Source of the DNA: a virus
Lineage: Duplodnaviria; Caudoviricetes
DNA: 54,756 nucleotides
Strand: one strand, 5' to 3'
Virus record (IMG/VR): IMGVR_UViG_3300005588_000719
Span: 1 to 54,756 of that record
Under the pieces are notes generated by a model. It did no database searches. It was not told the origin of the DNA and saw only the letters and a program-made list of their open reading frames with translations. This document shows positions 28,550-37,151 of this stretch, one piece after another (the first letter of the stretch is position 1; each line of letters opens with the position of its first letter). Position numbers and translations under genes: made by a program.

Positions 28550-29389
28550 TCAAGTGTTTTTATCGACAGACTGTTCAGAATCTAAACACGCTTTTTTGAA
28601 TTCAGTAGTTAATGCAGGATAAGTCCAATTATTTTTGTAGCTTTTATTGTATTTTGTTATAAATTCTTCCCTATTAATGAAATCTTTTAATTTGTTACTA
28701 ATTTCCTTTTCTATAAGCCCTTTTATTGATATTTCGTTAAACTTTTTATTGTAGAAATAAAAAATATTTTTAGCAAATTCAGCAATTAAAGTTATATGTT
28801 CCTCAGTATACCGGTTGAAATAATACGCAAGATATGGGTAGTTTAGTTGCTGAGGTTTTGTCGATATTTCTAATTCAATTAAATTATTTATTAGAGGCCG
28901 TAAATAATTTATTATGTCTTCATCAGATAAATTATCGCTCAAATCTTCTATATGGTATAATCCACGAGAATATTTTAATAGCTTTTTACGATACTCTCGT
29001 AAAGGATAGCTTTCTGTGTATTGTATTTTTACTGTTTCTCGTAATATAGATATGATATTTTGATTAGAAGTTAGTTTTGTATTTAATTGTGATAGCTTGA
29101 TGTTCTTCACAGCAATTAAATATTTATTGTACCCCAAAAATGATGTTACAGCAATACCTAATGCTCCTAATAGCTTGAAAGGTGTAATTAGTTCTGATAA
29201 AAATAGTTTATTTAATCTAAATAAAGATAAGTTATTATCCAAACTATACTCATTATAAATTACATTTATTCCTTCACATGTAAAATTTAATAATGTTAAA
29301 GATATAATTAGAATAGATGTTATAATTATAGTTTTTAATAACTTTTCAGTAAGTTTCTTTTGTTTCCACCAAAAACTCAATTTTCTCAT
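28550..29389 (-). CDS. Hypothetical membrane protein (moron-like)
   Basis: Two N-terminal hydrophobic segments; very AT-rich. Confidence 0.65.
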   Translation of the reverse strand: MRKLSFWWKQKKLTEKLLKTIIITSILIISLTLLNFTCEGINVIYNEYSLDNNLSLFRLNKLFLSELITPFKLLGALGIAVTSFLGYNKYLIAVKNIKLSQLNTKLTSNQNIISILRETVKIQYTESYPLREYRKKLLKYSRGLYHIEDLSDNLSDEDIINYLRPLINNLIELEISTKPQQLNYPYLAYYFNRYTEEHITLIAEFAKNIFYFYNKKFNEISIKGLIEKEISNKLKDFINREEFITKYNKSYKNNWTYPALTTEFKKACLDSEQSVDKNT

Positions 29390-29450
29390 AATAACTTTTT
29401 AATTTAGTTAAACAAAAACAAATATAATAAATTCTCGATTAATATTCTAT

Positions 29451-29705
29451 TCAAGAATATTCCAGAACTTTTTCAATATCCAAATCATTAAGAGCCTTTT
29501 CTAAAATATTATCTATTGTTGGAGATAAGTTTAAAATACATTCTCTAATTTCTTTCAGAGCCGGTTTAACAGATTTATATAATAAATATTCATCTGGTTC
29601 AATATTTAGTCCTTTGTTTATTTTTTGTTCTAAGTCAAAATAATATGTTAAATATTTAATATTTGCTGATTGGATTTGAACTATTAAGTTTTGTTTATGT
29701 TTCAT
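29451..29705 (-). CDS. Hypothetical protein
   Basis: 84 aa with AAGGA RBS. Confidence 0.6.
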   Translation of the reverse strand: MKHKQNLIVQIQSANIKYLTYYFDLEQKINKGLNIEPDEYLLYKSVKPALKEIRECILNLSPTIDNILEKALNDLDIEKVLEYS

Positions 29706-29725
29706 GTTATTTTCCTTGTAATCTA

Positions 29726-30181
29726 TTAAACTAATTTCTGATGCAATATTATTACTTCATTAACTGTTTCTAACTCAATGAATGTTTTGCCCTCAATTCC
29801 GTATATCTTTTTTAAATTTTGGATTTCTGCAATTTGGCTATCGTTTTTAAATACAATACCCTCAAGACTATCAAATAAGCCTTTATTCAAATTATCTGTT
29901 AAGTCTGGTTTTGTGAATTTCCTTAGCTCTATTCTCTTTGTCATTACGGCGTTTCTTTGCCTTGCATTATGGGACTTCAAATAAGGGAACACATAGATTA
30001 ATTTGTTTACTCTTATTGGCTCTGTTATCATATCAAAGCCTTTCGGCAGTTGATTAAGTACTTGAGCTTTTACATTTAATTCATTGTCTTTTATCTTTTT
30101 TGGCTTGTAGAAGTTCCCCTTGCAATGCCTTACAGATTGCTTAGGAAATGGAGTGCCTTTGATAGTTAAGTTAAGTTTCAT
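29726..30181 (-). CDS. rusA: RusA family Holliday junction resolvase
   Basis: PFPKQSVR and KPDLTDNLNKGLFDSLEGIVFKNDSQI. Confidence 0.9.
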   Translation of the reverse strand: MKLNLTIKGTPFPKQSVRHCKGNFYKPKKIKDNELNVKAQVLNQLPKGFDMITEPIRVNKLIYVFPYLKSHNARQRNAVMTKRIELRKFTKPDLTDNLNKGLFDSLEGIVFKNDSQIAEIQNLKKIYGIEGKTFIELETVNEVIILHQKLV

Positions 30182-30240
30182 TTTTATTTATCCTTTTACT
30201 ATTATTTCTTTTATTAAATAACTTCCAAACAATCCGATAG

Positions 30241-30438
30241 TTAAACATATTCTACTTTATCAACTACAGATATTTTACCGCACTTTCTACAAGTGGATTT
30301 TTCTCCAATAGCATTCATTGGGTCAATAACTCTACCTGTACATTCGATAAAATTAGGATAATCACAATTATAACACTTAACTTTATAATGGATTATGTTT
30401 ATTCCGGCTTGTAATATTACTTTGTTTTTATTTTTCAT
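30241..30438 (-). CDS. Small Zn-ribbon protein
   Basis: CYNC and CRKC. Confidence 0.6.
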   Translation of the reverse strand: MKNKNKVILQAGINIIHYKVKCYNCDYPNFIECTGRVIDPMNAIGEKSTCRKCGKISVVDKVEYV

Positions 30439-30494
30439 TTTGCTTTCCTTTTATTTGAGTTACTCTAATTTTTCGAGTAACTGGAATTTTCAGT

Positions 30495-30698
30495 TTAAAA
30501 TATTACTTCTTGACCGTAAGGCTTAATCTGACCTCGACGATATTTATTTATTAACTCTTCTTGCCGTTTACTTTTGGATTCAAACTTTTTACAGTCATCA
30601 ATCAAACTTTCAATTTCTTTTTTATTAGCGTGATTGTGCAATCTTGCTATAAACCGTAGTTTGGCTTCTCTTTCTTTATTCATTTTGAACCCCCCCAA
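30495..30698 (-). CDS. Hypothetical protein
   Basis: Probable start at MNKERE, overlapping the upstream stop. Confidence 0.5.
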   Translation of the reverse strand: MGGFKMNKEREAKLRFIARLHNHANKKEIESLIDDCKKFESKSKRQEELINKYRRGQIKPYGQEVIF

Positions 30699-31417
30699 TC
30701 CGTATTTTCAATTATACCCATAATATGTTTTTTGTTCTTCTTCCACCATTTGCCAGCTCCGCCATCGAGCTTTTCGGCTTCTCTTGGTGTAAGCCCTTTA
30801 AAATATTTGTAATTATCTTGAACGCAACCGATTGCAATAACATCTTTTGTATATGTAACGTGGTATCCTTTAGTTAATATATTACATATATAAGTGCCAT
30901 CACCTATGCACCATCTCAGATTTGTTTTGCTCAAATCAGCAAAGCTCAAATCAGCAAAGCTCAAATTAGCATGTTTCAAATTCGCATATCTCAAATTAGC
31001 TTGTCTCAAATAAGTGCCTCTCAAATTCGCATATCTCAAATTCGCATCGCTCAAATTAGCATTTATCAAATTAGCACGTTTCAAATCAGCATCTCTTAAA
31101 TTAGCATTTTTCAAATCAGTATCGCTCAAATTAGTATCGCTCAAATTAGCACCTCTTAAATCAGCATGTCTCAAATTAGCATGTCTCAAATTAACATGTC
31201 TCAAATAAGCAAAGCTCAAATTAACACCTCTTAAATTCGCATAGCTCAAATAAGCAAAGCTCAAATTAGCACCTCTTAAACTTAAATTCGCATAGTTCAA
31301 ATCAGCATGGCTCAAATCAGCATGTTTGCCTTTATTATTACTTCTTAACCATAATTCATGGTCATCAATAATTTTATCTAACTGTTCTTGTGTGTATTTA
31401 ATTTTATTCATCTTCAA
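30680..31417 (-). CDS. Pentapeptide repeat protein
   Basis: Long run of A(D/N)Lxx repeats; HELWL N-cap; IAIGC/WW C-terminal domain. Confidence 0.95.
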   Translation of the reverse strand: MKMNKIKYTQEQLDKIIDDHELWLRSNNKGKHADLSHADLNYANLSLRGANLSFAYLSYANLRGVNLSFAYLRHVNLRHANLRHADLRGANLSDTNLSDTDLKNANLRDADLKRANLINANLSDANLRYANLRGTYLRQANLRYANLKHANLSFADLSFADLSKTNLRWCIGDGTYICNILTKGYHVTYTKDVIAIGCVQDNYKYFKGLTPREAEKLDGGAGKWWKKNKKHIMGIIENTDWGGSK

Positions 31418-31613
31418 TATCCTTTAATTCCATTCCAAAATATTTTGCAAATAAACGAAGTCTTTCTACATCCATTAATAACTCATTGTCATATATGTAC
31501 ATATCTAATAAATCATCATACGCTTTTATTCTTACATTCTCCAAATCATCAGATAAATGTTTTTTAAGCTCTTTTAATACTTCTTGTTGTTTTTGGGTTG
31601 GTTTATTCATCAT
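31404..31613 (-). CDS. Hypothetical protein
   Basis: Coupled small ORF in the early operon. Confidence 0.55.
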   Translation of the reverse strand: MMNKPTQKQQEVLKELKKHLSDDLENVRIKAYDDLLDMYIYDNELLMDVERLRLFAKYFGMELKDIEDE

Positions 31614-31956
31614 AAAACCTTCTTTGTCTAAAATCCCAATCTTTACAGTCTAATCTCATCAGCTCCGTATTTTTTACCTTTTTGCCTATGTATGAGTTAG
31701 GTCTCATCATTTTAATTGAATGTAGCTCTATCTTGAGCTTATTACAATAATGATTTGACTTAAAGCCCTCATAAAAGAATTGATTTTTATATTCGTAGAA
31801 CTTGCACCTATAACATAAATAATCATTCTTTGGATTCTTGTTACAGTATAATTCGTGCCTTATTGCGAAGCCTTTTATTTTGTAATATTTACCGCAATAC
31901 TCACACTCGTATAAATCTATATTTTTAGATATTTTCATTTCAATAATTCTCTTCAA
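31603..31956 (-). CDS. Zn-finger protein
   Basis: CEYC, HELYC and CYRC. Confidence 0.65.
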   Translation of the reverse strand: MKRIIEMKISKNIDLYECEYCGKYYKIKGFAIRHELYCNKNPKNDYLCYRCKFYEYKNQFFYEGFKSNHYCNKLKIELHSIKMMRPNSYIGKKVKNTELMRLDCKDWDFRQRRFYDE

Positions 31957-32194
31957 TCACTATTCTAAATCTTTCTATCTGTGATAGATTATTAAGCCTA
32001 ATATCTTTTGCTTTCAATATATCTAACACATTCCTAATTGATGACAAATATATATAATCGTCTTCCTCCTTAAATAAAGAGCTGTATATATCTTCTCCGT
32101 TTAAATCGTGGATTAAATCACACTCACAAACTGGACACATTAATTCTACTTTCACGTAATTATTTACTTCTGGTAGTGTTTTTTCTTCAATCAT
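31940..32194 (-). CDS. Hypothetical protein (CxxC)
   Basis: AGGAG RBS; CPVC. Confidence 0.55.
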   Translation of the reverse strand: MIEEKTLPEVNNYVKVELMCPVCECDLIHDLNGEDIYSSLFKEEDDYIYLSSIRNVLDILKAKDIRLNNLSQIERFRIVIEENY

Positions 32195-32294
32195 TTCTCC
32201 TACTCCTTAAATTTTTTTGATATTTTCATTTGTAATCCTTTGTTATTATTGTTAATATCATTTGATTTGCGTTGTCATTTGTTGTAAATCATTG

Positions 32295-33779
32295 TCAAAA
32301 TACGGCTTCTTCTTTTTCATAATAATTCTTAAATCCATTTGGCATTGGAGCTGGTTCAAAGTTGTATTTATTATTAGTATCCGTGTCAAATTCTAATAGT
32401 GAATGAGTTCTATCATTTGATTTACACCAAATCGAACCTACGGTTGAACCTTGCCTATTCTTCTCTAATAATAATTCAGTCATTCCGTCGGAGTTATACT
32501 CTACACCTTTAATATTTACATTGTTGAATTTGTAATATTTAGGGCGGTATAGCATAATAATTGTGTCTGCATCTTCTTCAATTCTTCCACTATCTCTAAG
32601 ATGTGATAAGTTTGGTCTTTTATCTTTGGTCAGCGAAACACTTCTATTTAACTGTACTAATGGAAATACTGGTATATCTAACTCTAATGCCGTTGCTTTC
32701 ATTAATGCAGATATTTTGGCTATTTCTTGCTCTCTATTTTGAGCTTTCCCTGAATATTGCATTAAGCCTATATGATCGATAAACAATGCTTGGATATTAA
32801 GCTCTTTTTTCATTCTCCTTGCGGTCGATACAAATTCACGTGTGGTCATACCCGGTTTAGTTTCTATATATAATTTTGAGCTTGCAAATTTCTTTGCAAA
32901 TTCTTTAATTGTATTTCTTTCATTTGATGTTAAATATTTTCCTACTCTTACTTTTTCTGGTGCAATTCCCTCCTGTAATTGTAATTGTCTCATAAAATTT
33001 TGCTCTTCTGCCATTTCAAGCGAAAATAGACCTACTGGAAGTTTTTTATTAAATGTAAAATCTCTAATAATATCATGTGCAAATTGAGTTTTGCCCATTG
33101 ATGTTGAACCTGCAATTACGATAACATCTCCGCCGTGAGCACCACCAGTATATTTATTTAATTTAGGTATAAAATAACTTATTGAGTGGTATTCTCCGTT
33201 AATCTTCTTCTGCAAATTATCTAAAAAGTTTTTAGCAATATCCTTAGGCGTTTTGTAAGTATTTGAAAATCTGGCTTCTCCTAATTTGAATATCTTTTGT
33301 TCAACCTCATCAATATAATCAAGTATATCAATTTCATCTTTGTAAGCATTGTTTAGCAAATCTCCAGAAGTTGTAATTACTTCACGTCTGATATATTTCT
33401 CTAAAACGATAATTGCATGATGTTCAATATTTGCTGAGGAAATTGTATTTAAAGTTATTTCAGTAAGATAAAATGAACCACCTATTTTTTCTAAATCACC
33501 TTTCTTTTTTAAATATTCAGTTAGTGTCAATAGGTCAATTTCTTTATTCTCATCATACATTTCAACTATTGAACTGTATATTATTTTATGTTTTTCATTA
33601 TAGAAATTATTTTCATTATTTAAAATATCTAAAACTTTGCTGATAGTTCCTTTTGGATTAAGTATCATTCCACCAATTACAGAAATCTCTGCATCTTTTG
33701 AATGAGGGTGTGCTTTATTGCCTTCTTCTTTAATAATTGGTTCATTCAGATAAGGTGGAGGGGTTTGGTCATAAGACAT
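32295..33779 (-). CDS. dnaB: Replicative DNA helicase
   Basis: PHSKDAE N-domain, AGSTSMGKT, FSLEM, IDHIGLM, QLNR and LRDSGRIEEDAD. Confidence 0.96.
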   Translation of the reverse strand: MSYDQTPPPYLNEPIIKEEGNKAHPHSKDAEISVIGGMILNPKGTISKVLDILNNENNFYNEKHKIIYSSIVEMYDENKEIDLLTLTEYLKKKGDLEKIGGSFYLTEITLNTISSANIEHHAIIVLEKYIRREVITTSGDLLNNAYKDEIDILDYIDEVEQKIFKLGEARFSNTYKTPKDIAKNFLDNLQKKINGEYHSISYFIPKLNKYTGGAHGGDVIVIAGSTSMGKTQFAHDIIRDFTFNKKLPVGLFSLEMAEEQNFMRQLQLQEGIAPEKVRVGKYLTSNERNTIKEFAKKFASSKLYIETKPGMTTREFVSTARRMKKELNIQALFIDHIGLMQYSGKAQNREQEIAKISALMKATALELDIPVFPLVQLNRSVSLTKDKRPNLSHLRDSGRIEEDADTIIMLYRPKYYKFNNVNIKGVEYNSDGMTELLLEKNRQGSTVGSIWCKSNDRTHSLLEFDTDTNNKYNFEPAPMPNGFKNYYEKEEAVF

Positions 33780-34722
33780 TTACAGCCTCCACAACTTGAG
33801 TTTCATCTTTCTTTTTATCCTCTAATTTTGAGACTAAAACATCAAAATACAAGTAACCGTCTTTGTCTTTACGTAATAATTTAGATGCAGAGTTTATCTG
33901 TTTAGCCCAAAATTCATCATTTTTAGCCCATTCACAAACTTTTGCAATTTGCTTAGGTGGTTTATTCTTTTTCTCTACCAAAATAACGTAATCTGTGACC
34001 CAATTCTGAATTTGTTTTTTAGTGGGAGTAAGCCTATCACTGATTATTTTATCCCTAAACCATAAAGAAAATTTTATAGCTTGTTCTAAATTCTTTGAAT
34101 TTTGAACAAAAGGTTTCCAATTAGCCGAAGTAAATATTTTTTTATCGGTTTCAGAAATTTTTAAATTTTCAGGAATATATATATATTTATTAATTACTTT
34201 ATTACTTACTTTCTTTTGTGTACTTTTTTCCGAATTAATCGAGGTTATTTCGGAATTAATAGGGGTTTCTTCCGAATTAACTCCAGTTTCTTCTGAATTA
34301 ACTATGGTTTTTGGGGAATTAACCCTTGAGCTTTTTTTCAACATAAACTCACTTTTTATTTTAATATTTGTTCTTTTCAGTAAGCTCATTGTAGCCAAAT
34401 ACCGTTCTTGAATGCCTGTTGAAGTCAATATTTTATACTTGTCATATAAACATCTGTTAAATAAATCTAAATCTAAAAATGTATCGACGGCTTTTAATAC
34501 TTCTTTTTCAGTCATTCCAAAATATTCAGAAATATCAAACAGATAACATTCGTCGAATTCAATATAATATCCCTCATTATCATAGATTAAGCATAATAAG
34601 AAATCATATATTACTATACCTAATGGACCGTAATTCCTTTTGAGTTTCTTTATCTTTATATCAGAATAAAAATTAGTATCTTTCGAAAAATACTCTAATC
34701 TCTTTTTAAGTGGTCTCGCCAT
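33769..34722 (-). CDS. Phage replication initiator (DUF4373/Lin1244-like N-terminus)
   Basis: MARPLKKRLEYFSKD and ILTSTGIQERY; C-terminal DEFWAKQINSASKL; upstream of dnaB. Confidence 0.85.
   Translation of the reverse strand: MARPLKKRLEYFSKDTNFYSDIKIKKLKRNYGPLGIVIYDFLLCLIYDNEGYYIEFDECYLFDISEYFGMTEKEVLKAVDTFLDLDLFNRCLYDKYKILTSTGIQERYLATMSLLKRTNIKIKSEFMLKKSSRVNSPKTIVNSEETGVNSEETPINSEITSINSEKSTQKKVSNKVINKYIYIPENLKISETDKKIFTSANWKPFVQNSKNLEQAIKFSLWFRDKIISDRLTPTKKQIQNWVTDYVILVEKKNKPPKQIAKVCEWAKNDEFWAKQINSASKLLRKDKDGYLYFDVLVSKLEDKKKDETQVVEAVNVL
34232..34322. repeat. Five 21-bp-period iterons (GAATTAA core), probable replication origin
   Basis: Cores start at 34232, 34253, 34274, 34295 and 34316; AT-rich tract at about 34175-34230. 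Confidence 0.8.
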
Positions 34723-36113
34723 TATTTTATTAATCCAAATTTACGTTGTTGATGTTTTGCCCAACCTATCTTATACCCTGCAATTCTTTCAAAACTCTTG
34801 CATTCTTCAGCAGTTGGTATTTTATATTTATCTAAGAAACAGTGCCAAGCCCAACCAATTTTAAACTTCTTATACCTTGACACACTGATTAGCTTATGAA
34901 GGTATTTAATCCTAGCATCATTAGCAGTTACTTCTACTAATTCAAAATCTGTAAGATGTTCAGGAAGTTGGTTTCGCTCGAATATTTTCCCTGTTCTTTT
35001 GTCTCTAATTTTATACTGTGGTTTCTCGTTTTTCTTTATTTTCTTTCCTTTTAAAGTCCATTTGCGGTCTTGCTCTGGAAATCCATGCGAAAAAACGTTA
35101 TCAGCATGGTCAAGAATAATGCAAGCCTCTTTACCTTGAGCGGGTCTAAGACCTCTTCCGACCATCTGTAGATACAAACTAAGCGAAGTCGTTGGTTTTG
35201 TTAATTGAACGCATTCAATTTCAGGGACATCAAAGCCCTCTGTTACAATTCCAACATTTGAAAGGATCGTTGTTTTACCAGTAGCAAAATTCTTTAATGT
35301 TTGCTTTCTCTGTTCTTTTGGGGTTGTGCCGTCAATATGTTCAGCCGGATAGCCTGCTTTATTATATAGCTCCACAATTTTCTGAGAATGTTCAACATCA
35401 TTTGCAAATACTACTGTTTTTAATCCTTTTGCTTTAAGCTCCCAAGTTCTAACATAATCTCCAAAAGTGATGTTTTTATTAATAGCTTCTGAAAGCTCTT
35501 TAGCATTAAATTCTCCTGCTGTGAGTTTGATTGTTTTCAAATCAAAGCTTAATGGATTTGCAATAACTTTTGGCTTTACTAAATGTCCTATTTTTATTAA
35601 ATCACTTACTGAAGTTCCTACAACTAAATCATTGAATATATCTTCAAACCCTTCACCGTTCGTTCTGCATGGAGTAGCAGACACCCCTAATAATTGAGCT
35701 GTATTGTAATATTCATAAATCTTTCTGTAAGAATTGGCTGTTGAGTGGTGTGCTTCATCACAGATAATTAAATCTATGTCTTTTGGTAGCATTCTGCCCT
35801 TACTAATTCTACTTGCTAAGGTGGGAACAGATGCAACATGAACCTTAGCATAGTGTTTGTACAAGAAATCTCTTTGTATCACCGAACATTGCATATTAAA
35901 TCTAAATAGCTTATCAATAGTTTGTTCAATTAGCTCTTTTCTGTGAACTAATATCATTACCTTTTTGTTCCACTTTAAATAATCCCTTGTAATATCTACA
36001 AATGTTATAGTTTTCCCTGCTCCAGTTGGTAACTGTAACATGGTTCTGCTATGTTTTTTTAGGGATTTGTAAGTCCAACGCTTAGCTTCTATTTGATAAG
36101 GTCTTAATTGCAT
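34722..36113 (-). CDS. SF2 DEAD/DEAH-box helicase (RadD-like)
   Basis: LRPYQ, PTGAGKT, DEAHH, SATP, TEGFD and QMVGRGLR. Confidence 0.95.
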   Translation of the reverse strand: MQLRPYQIEAKRWTYKSLKKHSRTMLQLPTGAGKTITFVDITRDYLKWNKKVMILVHRKELIEQTIDKLFRFNMQCSVIQRDFLYKHYAKVHVASVPTLASRISKGRMLPKDIDLIICDEAHHSTANSYRKIYEYYNTAQLLGVSATPCRTNGEGFEDIFNDLVVGTSVSDLIKIGHLVKPKVIANPLSFDLKTIKLTAGEFNAKELSEAINKNITFGDYVRTWELKAKGLKTVVFANDVEHSQKIVELYNKAGYPAEHIDGTTPKEQRKQTLKNFATGKTTILSNVGIVTEGFDVPEIECVQLTKPTTSLSLYLQMVGRGLRPAQGKEACIILDHADNVFSHGFPEQDRKWTLKGKKIKKNEKPQYKIRDKRTGKIFERNQLPEHLTDFELVEVTANDARIKYLHKLISVSRYKKFKIGWAWHCFLDKYKIPTAEECKSFERIAGYKIGWAKHQQRKFGLIK

Positions 36114-36481
36114 TGTGATTGAGTTTGAGTTGTTCTTATCGATTGTAAAATTTCATCAAATTTCTTTTGATATGGTTTATTGTATTTAATTAAATCGTCA
36201 TGTGCTTTTAAGCTACTTATTATTGTTGCATGATTACGATTTGATAAATACCTTCCAAGTGCAGATTTACTAAATCTGTGAGTAGAAAAAGATAATTTTA
36301 TAAAGGTATGCCGAGCAAATGGTAAAGGGTCATATCTTCTTTTACTAATCAATTCATCTACATTGATATTATATATTTTACATATATGTTCTGCCATTAA
36401 ATATAATTCTACATTAGGATTTTCCTTGAATAGCTGAATATGTTCTTCATTGCAATCTGATAATATTATATTTTCATTCAT
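36104..36481 (-). CDS. DnaA C-terminal (domain IV)-like HTH protein
   Basis: LISKRR, ARH and LGRYLSNRNHATIISS. Confidence 0.8.
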   Translation of the reverse strand: MNENIILSDCNEEHIQLFKENPNVELYLMAEHICKIYNINVDELISKRRYDPLPFARHTFIKLSFSTHRFSKSALGRYLSNRNHATIISSLKAHDDLIKYNKPYQKKFDEILQSIRTTQTQSQCN

Positions 36482-36510
36482 GTTAATTCTTTTGTAGTGG
36501 TTTAACTTAG

Positions 36511-36586
36511 TGCCGTAGCTGGGGCTTGAACCCAGAAGTTGTAGTTGTTTAATAAATCCTGTCGCTTCTCCAAGCTGTTCTACGGC
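36511..36586 (-). ncRNA. tRNA-like element: intact acceptor and T arms, no anticodon arm
   Basis: GCCGTAG-44 nt-CTGGG TTCAAGC CCCAG CTACGGC A. Confidence 0.7.
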
Positions 36587-36592
36587 TATTTT

Positions 36593-37045
36593 TTATGAGA
36601 ATATTTCTTCTTCTTCCATTTCATAAATAGTTGATTGGAAGTCTTCTTCTTGCATATCTTCTCTCGCTAATTCTTCACCGCTGAAGTAATCATAATAGAT
36701 TATTACTTTATTTTCGTAATCTTTGACTTTTTTACATGCCTTAGTAAGCAATCTCTTTCCGCCTTTTAACTCATTTGATAATTCAGTTAATTGCTCATGC
36801 TTGACCTTAATTTGAGATGTGTAAGAAGCGTTGGAGCTTTTTTTTGCTGACTCTAATTCATTGATTTCAGAAACCAATTCAGTCATTGCATTGCCCATGT
36901 CGATTTTCTCTTTATCTGAAAATTCTACTTCAACATCTCTTGGTACTGCTCCTGTTGGCATATCTTCATTTTCAACTTGCTCATATTCAGCTTCTTCGAT
37001 TTCATCGATTACTGCTAATTCAGTTGATGTATTTTCTTGTTCCAT
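36593..37045 (-). CDS. Acidic hypothetical protein
   Basis: 150 aa, AAGGA RBS, coiled coil. Confidence 0.7.
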   Translation of the reverse strand: MEQENTSTELAVIDEIEEAEYEQVENEDMPTGAVPRDVEVEFSDKEKIDMGNAMTELVSEINELESAKKSSNASYTSQIKVKHEQLTELSNELKGGKRLLTKACKKVKDYENKVIIYYDYFSGEELAREDMQEEDFQSTIYEMEEEEIFS

Positions 37046-37090
37046 TTTTTTATTCCTTTATTGATTAATAATTGGTTAGGGTTTTTTAAT

Positions 37091-37139
37091 TAAAAAATAC
37101 AAGCCCGCTTGGGATTTAATTGGGGGGAAAGCGAGCTTG
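37091..37139 (-). terminator. Intrinsic terminator
   Basis: Minus strand CAAGCTCGCTT / AAGCGGGCTTG stem followed by TATTTTTT. Confidence 0.65.
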
Positions 37140-37151
37140 CACTTGAGGAAC

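Noticed and set aside
30915-31325. Dense 15-bp repeats (CTCAAATTAGCA-like) resembling a CRISPR array or VNTR
   Set aside because: Fully explained by pentapeptide-repeat coding; no unique spacers and no cas genes
32295-33779. DnaB Walker A variant AGSTSMGKT as an inactive helicase
   Set aside because: GKT and all other helicase motifs are intact; within normal phage variation
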